A stretch of DNA of 62,747 nucleotides, the filler included, from Candidatus Babelota bacterium (GTDB lineage: Bacteria > JAGOBX01), in the NCBI GenBank assembly GCA_017999075.1. It is 11 parts of 11 records of this genome, joined end to end, with 100 filler letters (N's around TTAATTAATTAA, not from the genome) between each part and the next. Parts side by side here need not be neighbours in the genome. Positions count along the whole stretch, not along the records: positions 20,395 to 24,606 come from JAGOBX010000373.1; positions 24,707 to 28,915 come from JAGOBX010000374.1; positions 29,016 to 33,178 come from JAGOBX010000376.1; 8 more parts are not named here. One strand, 5' to 3'. Under the pieces are notes generated by a model that saw only the letters and a list, made by a program, of their open reading frames with translations, was not told the origin of the DNA and did not search any database. Within the stretch, counting starts at the first letter, position 1. Each line of letters starts with the position of its first letter. Of the stretch, positions 20,395-30,174 are shown one piece after another. Made by a program: the position numbers and the translations under genes.

Positions 20395-20736
20395 ATGGGG
20401 CCTCTTGAAGATATATTATCAATGATTCCAGGTTTTTCTCAGATAAAAGAATTAAAAACCATGATGCCTGGAGAAAAAGATCTGAAAAAAATCGAATGTA
20501 TGATTCAATCAATGACTATTGAAGAAAGAGAAAACCCTAAAATAATAAATGGTCCGAGAAAAATAAGAATATCAAAAGGAAGCGGTACTGATGTAACAGA
20601 TATAAATCAACTGTTAAAACAATTCGAGCAATCCCAGAAAATGGTAAAACAAATGTCTAAATTTTCTAAATTCGGCATGCCAGGAGGAATGAATATTAAC
20701 AATTTTCCTGGTATGAGCGGATTGCCGAAATTTTAA
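20395..20736 (+). CDS. ffh: Signal recognition particle protein Ffh, C-terminal M-domain fragment
   Basis: MGPLEDILSMIPG...IQSMTIEERENPKIINGPRKIRISKGSG...INQLLKQF; lies upstream of rpsP; 5'-truncated. Confidence 0.95.
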   Translation: MGPLEDILSMIPGFSQIKELKTMMPGEKDLKKIECMIQSMTIEERENPKIINGPRKIRISKGSGTDVTDINQLLKQFEQSQKMVKQMSKFSKFGMPGGMNINNFPGMSGLPKF

Positions 20737-20762
20737 AAAATTGTGAAGGAGGTGATATTTAA

Positions 20763-21044
20763 TTGGCGACAAAAATGCGTTTAACAAGAATGGGTAAAAA
20801 AAAACAACCGTTTTACAGAATAGTCGTAATGGAAGACGATTCTCCACGCGACAGCAAATATATTGATCTGATCGGTTGGTATAACCCAATGAAAGAAAAC
20901 AAAGTTTCGATTGACGAATCTAAAGCGTTAAAATGGCTTAAAACAGGGGCTAAACCTACGGGTACTGTTCGCAACCTGTTATCTACAAGCGGACTGCTTA
21001 AAAAATTCGCCGAATCAAAATCAAATTCAAAATCGAATGATTAA
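20763..21044 (+). CDS. rpsP: 30S ribosomal protein S16
   Basis: MRLTRMGKKKQPFYRIVV...RD...IGWYNP; AGGAGGT RBS before a TTG start. Confidence 0.97.
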   Translation: MATKMRLTRMGKKKQPFYRIVVMEDDSPRDSKYIDLIGWYNPMKENKVSIDESKALKWLKTGAKPTGTVRNLLSTSGLLKKFAESKSNSKSND

Positions 21045-21127
21045 ATGTAATCTTTTATCTTTTTGAATCTGGTATTATTGTTCTTCTTATCTAACATTAT
21101 TTTATTTGATTTTTTTGGAGGAGTTTT

Positions 21128-21358
21128 ATGGAAGATTTTATTATTTCAATAGTAAAAAAATTGGTTGACAATCCTCAAGATGTCAGCGTTCGCGAAATTC
21201 AAGGCGAAAAAACTATAATTTATGAACTTAAAGTTAATCAGTCCGACTTAGGTAAAGTAATCGGCAAACACGGCAGAATTATCAGTGCAATCAGAACAAT
21301 TCTGAAAGCAGCGTCAGCAAAATCCGAAAACAGAATTATGCTTGAAGTATTGGATTGA
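21128..21358 (+). CDS. khpA: KH-domain RNA-binding protein (KhpA/YlqC)
   Basis: DLGKVIGKHGRIISAIRT motif; canonical position between rpsP and rimM. Confidence 0.92.
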   Translation: MEDFIISIVKKLVDNPQDVSVREIQGEKTIIYELKVNQSDLGKVIGKHGRIISAIRTILKAASAKSENRIMLEVLD

Positions 21359-21864
21359 TGAAAGATAAAGATGATTATATTATCATCGGAAAAATACTTA
21401 AACCCCAGGGACTCAACGGTGAACTGAAAATAATGCCGCTGACTTCGTTCCCTGAACGTTTTAATTTTTTAAAACAGGTTTATATACAAGATACCGAATT
21501 TTTTGTTGAAAACGTAAAACATCTTAATAACGGAATTATTTTAAAATTAACCGGTATAAACAATCGCGATGAAGCTGAAAAGTTTCGCGATAAAATGATA
21601 GAAACACTTAAATCAGAATCAAAAAAAAAATCTGAAGACGAGTATTTCTATTATGAACTCGAAGGCATGAAAATAGTATCTTCAGAAAACAAGGAAATAG
21701 GCGTTGTATCTGAAGTTCTTGATATGCCTGCAAATGCAGTATTAGAAGTGAAAACCCGGGAAAATAAAGAAATTCTGATCCCGTTTGTTAAAGATGTAGT
21801 GAAAAAAATCGATATAAAAAGTAATATTATTTATATCGAATTAATAAAAGGACTTGCAGATTAG
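21355..21864 (+). CDS. rimM: Ribosome maturation factor RimM
   Basis: IGKILKPQGLNGELK; EDEYFYYELEG; ILIPFV. Confidence 0.95.
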   Translation: MMKDKDDYIIIGKILKPQGLNGELKIMPLTSFPERFNFLKQVYIQDTEFFVENVKHLNNGIILKLTGINNRDEAEKFRDKMIETLKSESKKKSEDEYFYYELEGMKIVSSENKEIGVVSEVLDMPANAVLEVKTRENKEILIPFVKDVVKKIDIKSNIIYIELIKGLAD

Positions 21865-21871
21865 GCCTGAT

Positions 21872-22633
21872 ATGGAAATAGTTTTTTTAACATTAAACCC
21901 TGAATTTTTCGGCGGTTTTCTTAAAGAAGGAATATTGGCAAAAGCAATTTCCAAAGGCATAATAAAAGTAACTTTTATTAATTTTCGCGAATTTACGCTT
22001 GATAAACACAGTTGTGTTGATGATACGCCTTACGGCGGCGGCAGCGGAATGCTGTTAAAACCGGAACCGATTATCAGGGCATTTGAATCAGTAGAACTTC
22101 TTCCTCGCAGAATAACAATAATGCCTGCGCCTGATGGAAAAATTTTTAGTTCAGAGGTATCTGTAAAATTTTCGTATTTTGACCAGATGATTTTTATCTG
22201 CGGAAGATATGAAGGAATTGACAGCCGTGTTTCGGATATAATAAATCCGGAACATATAAGCGTTGGTAATTATATTTTATCAAACGGAGAATTGGCTGCT
22301 TTAGTTATATTTAATGCGGTAATGCGTAATATTCCAGGAGTTCTCGGTAACAGCGATTCTTTGAAAGAAGAATCTTTTTCAATAAACCGTGATCCGGCAA
22401 ATGCTTTCGGCAATTTGTCAAAAAAAAATATACGGTACACTGATGAAAAATCCGGGATATACGATTCAGAAAATGAAAATCTGTTGGAATATCCGCAGTA
22501 TACACGCCCCTATAGTTATAGGGGATTTAAGGTTCCGGATGTTTTACGCGAAGGAAATCATAAACTTATTTCTGAATGGATGATAAATGAATCAGTAAAA
22601 AAAACAAAAAAACATAATGTGCTCGCATATTAA
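21872..22633 (+). CDS. trmD: tRNA (guanine37-N1)-methyltransferase TrmD
   Basis: VDDTPYGGGSGMLLKPEP, CGRYEGID, YILSNGE, LLEYPQYTRP. ATG at 21872 is preferred over the track's TTG at 21854. Confidence 0.96.
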   Translation: MEIVFLTLNPEFFGGFLKEGILAKAISKGIIKVTFINFREFTLDKHSCVDDTPYGGGSGMLLKPEPIIRAFESVELLPRRITIMPAPDGKIFSSEVSVKFSYFDQMIFICGRYEGIDSRVSDIINPEHISVGNYILSNGELAALVIFNAVMRNIPGVLGNSDSLKEESFSINRDPANAFGNLSKKNIRYTDEKSGIYDSENENLLEYPQYTRPYSYRGFKVPDVLREGNHKLISEWMINESVKKTKKHNVLAY

Positions 22634-22737
22634 AAACTGATTTAACATTTTCTGGAATAAAAATGTTTATAAAATCCTTTATAGAAACGGTGTGAATTAT
22701 ACAATGTACAGGTTGAAGATTGGCAAGGAGGTGAAAT

Positions 22738-23100
22738 ATGTCACTGGATTTAATAAAAGTAGTTGATGATCAAAACAAGAAAACAGATATTCCTAATTTG
22801 AAAGTAGGAGTAACTGTGCGAGTTCATTTAAAAGTTAAAGAAGGCCAGCGCGAAAGAATTCAGATATTTGAAGGCGTTATAATCGCAATGAAAGGAAAAG
22901 GTAAAAATGTCAAAATGATAACTGTCCGACGCGTTAGTTTTGGAGTAGGTGTAGAGCGCATTTTTCCTGTAAATTCAAAAGCGATAAGCAAAATCGAATT
23001 TGTCAGAGCCGGAAAAATAAGACGTGCAAAATTGTATTACTTAAGAAAAACTTCAAGTAAAGATTCTAAACTTAAAGAAATCAGAAGTTATAATGAATAA
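22738..23100 (+). CDS. rplS: 50S ribosomal protein L19
   Basis: ERIQIFEGVII, VRRVSFGVGVERIFP, RRAKLYYLR; AGGAGGT RBS. Confidence 0.97.
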   Translation: MSLDLIKVVDDQNKKTDIPNLKVGVTVRVHLKVKEGQRERIQIFEGVIIAMKGKGKNVKMITVRRVSFGVGVERIFPVNSKAISKIEFVRAGKIRRAKLYYLRKTSSKDSKLKEIRSYNE

Positions 23101-23887
23101 TGAAGTATCCTGTTTAAGTTTAAAAGAATTGACTAAAAAGGCGGCGGAATATCATAACGACCCGATTTTTATCGAGTCGTTATGCCGCGATACCAGAACA
23201 TCTGCGGCGCAATTAGGCCGTCGTCTTTTTAAACAATTGGAATCTGCGCAGTCTGAACTTATTCGTTTAGAAAAAATGCGCGAATATGAAAACCGGTTTC
23301 CCGGAAAAATCGTTGCAGGATGCGATGAGGCAGGACGAGGTCCTTTGGCAGGACCTGTAGTTGCATGCGTTGTAATACTTGATTTTAATCAGAATATTCC
23401 AGGATTAAATGATTCTAAACAATTGTCTCGTTTAAAAAGAGAACAACTGTATGAAATTATAATATCCAATTGTATTGATTATGGTGTTGGAATAATAGAT
23501 AATGATACAATTGATGAAATCAATATTCTTCAGGCTACGTATCAGGCGGTTATTTTAGCGTATCAAAAATTAAAAACAAAACCTGATATTTTGTTGACAG
23601 ACGCATTAAATATAAAAAAATTAAATGTGCATCAAGTGCCTATTATAAAGGGAGATTGTAAAAGTGTAAGTATTTCTGCAGCGTCAATATTGGCAAAAGT
23701 TACCAGAGATAAAATAATGAACGAAATTCATAAAGAATTTCCGTTATATAATTTTGATAAAAATAAAGGGTATGGAACAAAAGAACATATAGATTTAATA
23801 AAAAAGCGCGGAATAATATCTGCGCACAGAAAAACATTTGTAAAAAATTTTATTGAAATTGACGATAATTATAAATTAAGTTTTTAA
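23093..23887 (+). CDS. rnhB: Ribonuclease HII
   Basis: GCDEAGRGPLAGPVVA, LNDSKQL, KGDCKSVSISAASILAKVTRD, NKGYGT. Confidence 0.96.
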   Translation: MNNEVSCLSLKELTKKAAEYHNDPIFIESLCRDTRTSAAQLGRRLFKQLESAQSELIRLEKMREYENRFPGKIVAGCDEAGRGPLAGPVVACVVILDFNQNIPGLNDSKQLSRLKREQLYEIIISNCIDYGVGIIDNDTIDEINILQATYQAVILAYQKLKTKPDILLTDALNIKKLNVHQVPIIKGDCKSVSISAASILAKVTRDKIMNEIHKEFPLYNFDKNKGYGTKEHIDLIKKRGIISAHRKTFVKNFIEIDDNYKLSF

Positions 23888-23902
23888 GGAGCATATAAAA
23901 CA

Positions 23903-24606
23903 ATGGATCTAAAAACCCGCGAGAAATTCATTAAAACAGTTATATGGATTATAGTGGTTGCGTTTGTAACTACAATTTTTGCGACATGGGGCGCTCATTA
24001 TAATCAGCAGCAGCAAAATGATCCGGTAGCTATGGAAGTTGACGGAATAGAAATAACTAAAATAGACTATTTCAATACTTACAATAAAAGACTGGAAGAC
24101 GCAAAAAAATATTATGATACTGAATTAAGCGATACTGTTGTACTTGAAATAAGAAATTCAGTAGTTGACGAAATGATACAGAATATACTGTTGAAAAAAC
24201 TTGCGGAAAAATATAATACAACTCCTACTTTAAAAGATATTCAGTCTGGTGTAGCCAGATATTTTATTGATGATAAACGGCAGTTCAATGCACAGGCATT
24301 TGAATATTACAAAAAAAATCAGTCTGCAGCGTGGTGGGAACGTCTAGAAAAAGCGGCAAGCGAAGAAATTCTAATTAGTAAAGCTGAATTATTATTAACA
24401 GACAAAGTTAAAGTTTCAGATGATGAAATCAAACTTTATTTTTCAGCTTCTTCAGTTCAGGCAAAAGTTCAGCAAATATTTTTAAATCCGTCTTTACTTA
24501 TTGACACTCCTACAGCCGAAAAATATTATAATGAAAATAAAGAATCTTATATAAAACCTGAAAAACGTTTTGTTAGGCATATTATTATAAGTGAGACAGA
24601 TTTAAC
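23903..24606 (+). CDS. SurA/PpiD-like periplasmic chaperone-PPIase, 3'-truncated
   Basis: N-terminal TM anchor, SurA_N-like helical region, and the start of a parvulin domain (YYNENKESY..PEKRFVRHII). Confidence 0.75.
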
Positions 24607-24706
24607 NNNNNNNNNNNNNNNNNNNNNNNNNNNNNNNNNNNNNNNNNNNNTTAATTAATTAANNNNNNNNNNNNNNNNNNNNNNNNNNNNNNNNNNNNNN
24701 NNNNNN

Positions 24707-24884
24707 GTATTATAAAAAGGTCATCAATTTTTTCAGGATTAGACGCAACATCAGGCAGCATTGCGTTTAAATCGTCATAAGTTATGGAATTTCCTTTGCT
24801 TTTGGCAAATTTGATTAATTCCTTGATACCTGGAATTTTCAGCATACTGCTGTCTTCAAGCTGCGGTTTAATTTTTTTCACCAT
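24707..24884 (-). CDS. rpoD: RNA polymerase sigma-70 RpoD, N-terminal (region 1.1) fragment
   Basis: IKELIKFAKSKG..ITYDDLNAMLP...EKIDD; directly downstream of dnaG; AAGGAG RBS. Confidence 0.85.
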
Positions 24885-24974
24885 TTTTAATCAATGCTCC
24901 TTAATAAAATATCTATTTCAAAAACTTTCATTTTTTAAAATCAATTTAACAAACAAAAATCCTTAATTCATTTT

Positions 24975-26804
24975 TCAAACCTGAACTCCCGATGTTTTTT
25001 CTTTATGTACAGTTTTAAACCTTTTAAGTTCAAGCTGTTTCTGTAAAAGAAGCGCTGCCTTGTCTGATTCTTCTTGCCCTGATTCTAAACTATTGTTATT
25101 TTTCAATTGTTGGAATATTTCATTTGAATCAGACTGTTTCTTTTTCTTTTCATATTGATTTATATAATCATCAATCACTGAATCAATATTTTCTTCCATA
25201 TAATCAGGAAACCCGGCAGAATCCGGTTTTCCGACCGACAGCCTTGTAATTAATTGCTGAACATCTTTCTGCTCACTGAAATAATCCAATAAAAAACGAG
25301 GAGATGCATTTCCAGTCTCAAATATTATTCCAAAAACTATATTCAAAGGTTCATCAAGGTTTTCAAGTTCAATCAATTCTTGAAATTTTTTTATTATTTC
25401 CTGATTTCCATTATCAAGCAATATCTTTAATATTTTATATTCAACGGCAGAAAACATATCGCCTAAATTTATATTAATACTTTCAGAAGAAGTATTTTCA
25501 AAAAATTTTCTTTCAGACTTTGCTTTTGACAATTTAATATTTTTTTTAACTTCAGAAAACAGCACATTATAATCAACTTCTATTTTTTCCGATAATTTTT
25601 TTATAAGTTCGGATAAAATAACATTATCATTTATATGTTTAAAAATATTTATCATTCCTGCTATTATGTTTTTTTTCCCGATTAAAGAATTCGGTTTATT
25701 TTCAGCGCTCAATTTCAACAAGCTGAATTCAAAAAAAGATAATGGTCTGGAAATTTTTTTTATAAAATATTCACTGCCTTTAAGCAACAGAATTTCTGCA
25801 GGATCCATATCGTCTTCAATAATATATATTTCAGGATATATATCCTGTTCCAGAAGTTTTTCTATACTTCTCCACATAGCTGAAATTCCTGCTTCGTCTC
25901 CATCATAAATCATAACAATATTTTTTGTAAATCTTGACAGAAGCTTAATCTGGGCAGGCGTCAAAGCAGTCCCTAAAGTGGCTGCAACATTTTTTATCCC
26001 GAATTGATAACAGGTAATTAAATCCATGTATCCTTCAAGTATATACGCTCTGTCATATTCCATAATATATTTTTTTGATAGATTCAATCCATACAGCATC
26101 CCACCCTTATGATATACAGGTGTTTCAGGCGAATTTATATATTTAAATTCATTATCCCCATTTATCACTCTGCCTCCGAAAGCTATGGGTTTGTTTGATA
26201 AATTAAATATCGGGAACATTACACGGTTACGGAATCTATCGTATGTATCTCCGTTTTCTTTTTTTATTAACAAACCGGCTTCTATTATTTTTTCGTCCTT
26301 AAACCCTTTCCTGTTCAAATCTTGTTTAAGCAAGGTCCAGCTGTCAGGAGCATATCCTAATCCGAATAATACGATTGTATCATCGCTAAGACTTCTCTTA
26401 TTAAAATAATTATAAGCAGCCTTATTTTTTTTTAACTCGTTTTTATAAAACTCCAATGCCGACGAATTTATTGAATACAATTCATTTTTGTCATCGCTTT
26501 CAAATTTTTCATTATACGTAATTTGTATCCCGTATTTTTCAGACAATCCTTTTATCGCTTCAAAATAATTAAGCCCATTTATCCTTTGAAAAAATTCTAT
26601 TGCTGTGCCTCCTGCTCCGCATCCAAAACAATGAAAAATCTGCTTTGAAGGACTTACAAAAAATGAAGCCGTCTTTTCATTATGAAACGGGCAATTTGCT
26701 TTATAATTAATCCCGGCATGTTTTAAAGGGACATATTCTGATACTACTGAAACAATATCAGTATTTGACAAAATTTTTTCTCTATTGGTATCCGCGTAAT
26801 TCAA
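24975..26804 (-). CDS. dnaG: DNA primase
   Basis: CPFHNEKTASF...FHCFGC zinc finger, DRFRNRVMFPI, KYINSPET, EGYMD, YDGDEAG Toprim. Confidence 0.97.
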   Translation of the reverse strand: MNYADTNREKILSNTDIVSVVSEYVPLKHAGINYKANCPFHNEKTASFFVSPSKQIFHCFGCGAGGTAIEFFQRINGLNYFEAIKGLSEKYGIQITYNEKFESDDKNELYSINSSALEFYKNELKKNKAAYNYFNKRSLSDDTIVLFGLGYAPDSWTLLKQDLNRKGFKDEKIIEAGLLIKKENGDTYDRFRNRVMFPIFNLSNKPIAFGGRVINGDNEFKYINSPETPVYHKGGMLYGLNLSKKYIMEYDRAYILEGYMDLITCYQFGIKNVAATLGTALTPAQIKLLSRFTKNIVMIYDGDEAGISAMWRSIEKLLEQDIYPEIYIIEDDMDPAEILLLKGSEYFIKKISRPLSFFEFSLLKLSAENKPNSLIGKKNIIAGMINIFKHINDNVILSELIKKLSEKIEVDYNVLFSEVKKNIKLSKAKSERKFFENTSSESININLGDMFSAVEYKILKILLDNGNQEIIKKFQELIELENLDEPLNIVFGIIFETGNASPRFLLDYFSEQKDVQQLITRLSVGKPDSAGFPDYMEENIDSVIDDYINQYEKKKKQSDSNEIFQQLKNNNSLESGQEESDKAALLLQKQLELKRFKTVHKEKTSGVQV

Positions 26805-26829
26805 TATAACCTATCTCTCTTTATTATAA

Positions 26830-27078
26830 TTATATCTTAATCAATCTTGCTACTATTGTTCCGTACCCATAAAAAACACTGTTGGCTTCAAATGAAAGCA
26901 CCAAACTTGATTTTCCTAAATATTCAGTTATAGCTTCCCTCAATATTCCTTTACCTTTTCCATGTATTATCTTTATTTCTTCAATTTTATTAATTATTGA
27001 AAAATTAATAAATTTATCTAATTCGAATATTGCATCTTCAACTCTATTTCCGTGCAAATCTATAGTATCTTTATCCAT
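26830..27078 (-). CDS. Stand-alone Smr (small MutS-related) domain protein
   Basis: IDLHG...IIHGKGKGILR...GYGTIV. Confidence 0.9.
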   Translation of the reverse strand: MDKDTIDLHGNRVEDAIFELDKFINFSIINKIEEIKIIHGKGKGILREAITEYLGKSSLVLSFEANSVFYGYGTIVARLIKI

Positions 27079-27136
27079 TTATAGGCAAATAAAAAAAACA
27101 AATAATATTTCAGATACTTATATTTTTTTTATTGTA

Positions 27137-27481
27137 TCAGCCCGGTGGCCATTTAAAAGGTCTGCCGCCAAGTAAATGAAGATGAATATGAAAAACTTCC
27201 TGGCCTGCGTCTTTGTTGCAGTTAAAAACCAAACGATATCCTGGTTCAGTAAGTCCATATTGAGAAGCTAAAAGTTTTGCAGTCATTATCATTTCTCCAA
27301 CTACTGCATAATTCGTATCATCTACTTCATTGATTGTTTCAATATGTGTTTTGGGAATTATCAAAATATGAACAGGAGCTGCAGGATGAATATCCTTTAA
27401 AGCGATTATTCTTTCATTTTCAAATAAAAAATCGGTTTCTATTTCACCTTTTATTATTTTACAAAATATACAATTTTTCAT
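27137..27481 (-). CDS. HIT-family nucleotide-binding protein (HinT-like)
   Basis: CIFCKII, DIHPAAPVHILIIPK, HIHLH triad, WPPG C-terminus. Confidence 0.95.
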   Translation of the reverse strand: MKNCIFCKIIKGEIETDFLFENERIIALKDIHPAAPVHILIIPKTHIETINEVDDTNYAVVGEMIMTAKLLASQYGLTEPGYRLVFNCNKDAGQEVFHIHLHLLGGRPFKWPPG

Positions 27482-27498
27482 CAGTCATCTCCCAGATT

Positions 27499-28023
27499 CT
27501 ATTTGATAATTGATAAAGTTCTCATGCTTGACAATAAAAATTTATCATTTTCATTAATTAAAATATATTCCGCATTTCTTGAGTCATTGATAATTTTTCT
27601 TCCAAGAGTTATTTCTTTATCAATCCTAATTTTAAAAATAATTTTTTGGTCGTTTGCTTCTTTAATTTCCAAATCTTTATATGAAACTTTAATTGTATCT
27701 GTTGAATCAAACATTTCTTTTAACAATTCTTTTTTTTCAAGTGTATTAACAGGATTAGATGAATACAAACTTACTATACCGTCTGCATTTTTTGCATTAT
27801 AATATTTTATATATTTGTCAAGAAAATCACTAAGTATCTTTGATTGATGACCGTTCAATGAATTTAAAACAGATTTGGAAGAATCTTTTTTTTCAGAACA
27901 ATTAAGAAGATTAAAACTTAATAAAAGTACTATTAAAACCTTTATTACTAAAACCATTTTTATTTCAAACTTTTTTTTAAATCTCATAATAGATTTAACG
28001 CCTTTCCAATATTTTATAGACAA
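27499..28023 (-). CDS. Putative lipoprotein, possible NTF2-like fold (true start probably downstream of the track start)
   Basis: Hydrophobic stretch ending in LLNC; YIKYYNAKNADGIVSLYS helix typical of NTF2-like proteins. Confidence 0.55.
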   Translation of the reverse strand: MSIKYWKGVKSIMRFKKKFEIKMVLVIKVLIVLLLSFNLLNCSEKKDSSKSVLNSLNGHQSKILSDFLDKYIKYYNAKNADGIVSLYSSNPVNTLEKKELLKEMFDSTDTIKVSYKDLEIKEANDQKIIFKIRIDKEITLGRKIINDSRNAEYILINENDKFLLSSMRTLSIIK

Positions 28024-28147
28024 TATTTATATTATTAACAAAAAAATATTGATTTGTCAAGTTTTTGAACAAAAAAATATCAATATTTTTATAAATATTT
28101 AATTTTTTAATTATAATTATAATTAAATGCTTGTTTTCCAAAATGTC

Positions 28148-28176
28148 TTGACAAAATTTCATATTTTTTATAAAAT
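28148..28176 (+). promoter_or_regulatory. Sigma-70-type promoter
   Basis: TTGACA (28148-28153), 17-nt spacer, TAAAAT (28171-28176), upstream of the ATG at 28191. Confidence 0.6.
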
Positions 28177-28190
28177 ATTTATATAAAATT

Positions 28191-28915
28191 ATGAATTTAT
28201 CCGCAAAACAAAACTCATATAATAAAAAAAATTTTGATATTTATTTTGTTAGTTTAATAATTATTGTCAATGCTTACATATTTTTTTTACTCAAACTAAA
28301 CCTTATCAAATATTTTATTTCATTAAAAGATTGCGATTGGAAAGAATTAAATTATATCTTCGAACAAATCAACCTGACAAAATGGAGTTTTTATTTCAAT
28401 TTTCATCCACGATTAATCGTATATTTTTTCTATCCTATTTATGAACTTATAGACAGAACCGGAATATATATTTTTTTTCTTCAAGTAATTATTTTATCTT
28501 ATACGGTTTTATATTATTATAAATTAAGCGCAATTCTGACAAAAAACAAACTTATTTCTTTTCTTTTTTCACTAATATATCTTTTTTTATACATATTATT
28601 TGAATTTCAAATAAGAGACGGTTATTTTGATTGGTATGTTTTAATAATTCCTATTTTATATTATATAGAAATAAAAAATTATAAATTGGTATTTTTATTG
28701 ACTGCTGTTTTTTTGTTACTGCGTGAAGACTGTTATTTCATTTCATTAATTGCCGTATTTTATTTATTTGGAAAAAAAGAGTATAAAAGAACAATAATTT
28801 TATTATTATTTATTTTTTTTCTTTCTTTTATTATATTTTTTTATATAAAAAATTTATTTTATATTCCAGGAATCAAGCTTGAACCAGATAAGGAAATTCT
28901 TATTGATCAATACGA
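28191..28915 (+). CDS. Multi-TM membrane protein, DUF2079/GT-C-like, 3'-truncated
   Basis: Multiple TM helices, FHP and LLLRED motifs; resembles 49454-50067. Confidence 0.55.
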
Positions 28916-29015
28916 NNNNNNNNNNNNNNNNNNNNNNNNNNNNNNNNNNNNNNNNNNNNTTAATTAATTAANNNNNNNNNNNNNNNNNNNNNNNNNNNNN
29001 NNNNNNNNNNNNNNN

Positions 29016-29810
29016 CCCATCATTCTTTTAACTGCTGCTGACAGACAACATAAAAAAACTATAGAAGCTTTGATTAACGGAGCTATTGATTTTATTCAAA
29101 AACCAGGAGGCACGTCAAGAAGCTTCAATTTAATTGAAATAAAAAATACCATTTTAGAAAAAATCAACAATGCGATAATCACAAATTTATCAAAAAAATC
29201 AATAACATCAAAATCCATTACTGATAAATCAATCAGCAGATATTTTGATTTGATCTTAATAGGAGTTTCTACCGGCGGTCCTGGAACTTTATCAAAAATT
29301 CTTCAAATAATTCCTGCTTCATTTGAAATACCAATAATTATTGTTCAGCATATAAGAGAAGGATATACTGCTGATTTGGCAGATTCTCTTGGAAAAAATT
29401 GTGCAATACCGGTTCTTGAAGTAAATGGTTATACTTCATTTGAAAAACCTTCCGTTTATATAGCTAAAGCAGGATATCATATCGAACTAACCAAAGATGC
29501 GTCTCAATTAAAACTTTCGAAAACTGAACCAAGAAATGGGTTCAGACCTTCTGTAGATGTTTTATTCGAATCTGCCGCAGAAACATTTAAAAAAAAAATA
29601 CTCGGAGTTATACTTACCGGAATGGGAAATGACGGAACTGAAGGCTGTAAAAAACTTATTGAACATAATCATTCGGTTATAATTCAGGATGAAACCACAA
29701 GCATTGTTTGGGGAATGCCTAAATCAGTTTACGAATCAGGTTTTTATACTGCAATGCATCCTATAGAAAAAATTTCCCTGATTATTTCAAATTTAAAACG
29801 GTCAATATAA
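29016..29810 (+). CDS. cheB: Chemotaxis methylesterase CheB, 5'-truncated
   Basis: End of REC domain (GAIDFIQKP), GVSTGGP, IVQHI, RPSVDVLF, LTGMGNDG, VWGMP. Confidence 0.93.
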   Translation, partial: PIILLTAADRQHKKTIEALINGAIDFIQKPGGTSRSFNLIEIKNTILEKINNAIITNLSKKSITSKSITDKSISRYFDLILIGVSTGGPGTLSKILQIIPASFEIPIIIVQHIREGYTADLADSLGKNCAIPVLEVNGYTSFEKPSVYIAKAGYHIELTKDASQLKLSKTEPRNGFRPSVDVLFESAAETFKKKILGVILTGMGNDGTEGCKKLIEHNHSVIIQDETTSIVWGMPKSVYESGFYTAMHPIEKISLIISNLKRSI

Positions 29811-29938
29811 TGATACAGGTAAGGAAAATGTAAAATAAAGATTCTATTTCATATACAGAATAAATGCATTCTTAAAAACTACTAATTTACCCTTACCGAT
29901 TATGGCTGTTCAGAAATATATTTGTTAATTCAGTATTA

Positions 29939-30174
29939 TGGAACTGTTTCCAAAATATATTAATATATTTTTTACAAAATAAACTTATTGTTTATCAATA
30001 TATAAATTTTGTAAAAAATAGCAGGGACTGACTAATAAATTGAAAAAGTAACTCGAACCTCAGGTTTTAGGAAAATTTTATAGTCGATACTAACAGTTTA
30101 ATCAATGCATAGCATTGATTTACATTATAAAAATCAACTTATTGGTCATCCCCTGCCATTTGGAAACATTCCCA
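29939..30174. mobile_element. MITE-like element copy 1 (236 bp), with internal insert
   Basis: Ends TGGAACTGTTTCCAAA ... TTTGGAAACATTCCCA (14/16 inverted match), flanked by TTA on both sides. The first ~85 bp are nearly identical to those starting at 56223. Confidence 0.75.

Noticed and set aside
20295-21044. Apparent linkage of the amylase cluster to the ffh-rpsP operon
   Set aside because: Separated by an artificial spacer; contig order is not genomic.
22634-22737. Possible L19 leader RNA upstream of rplS
   Set aside because: No convincing hairpin recognised by eye; would need an Rfam covariance search.
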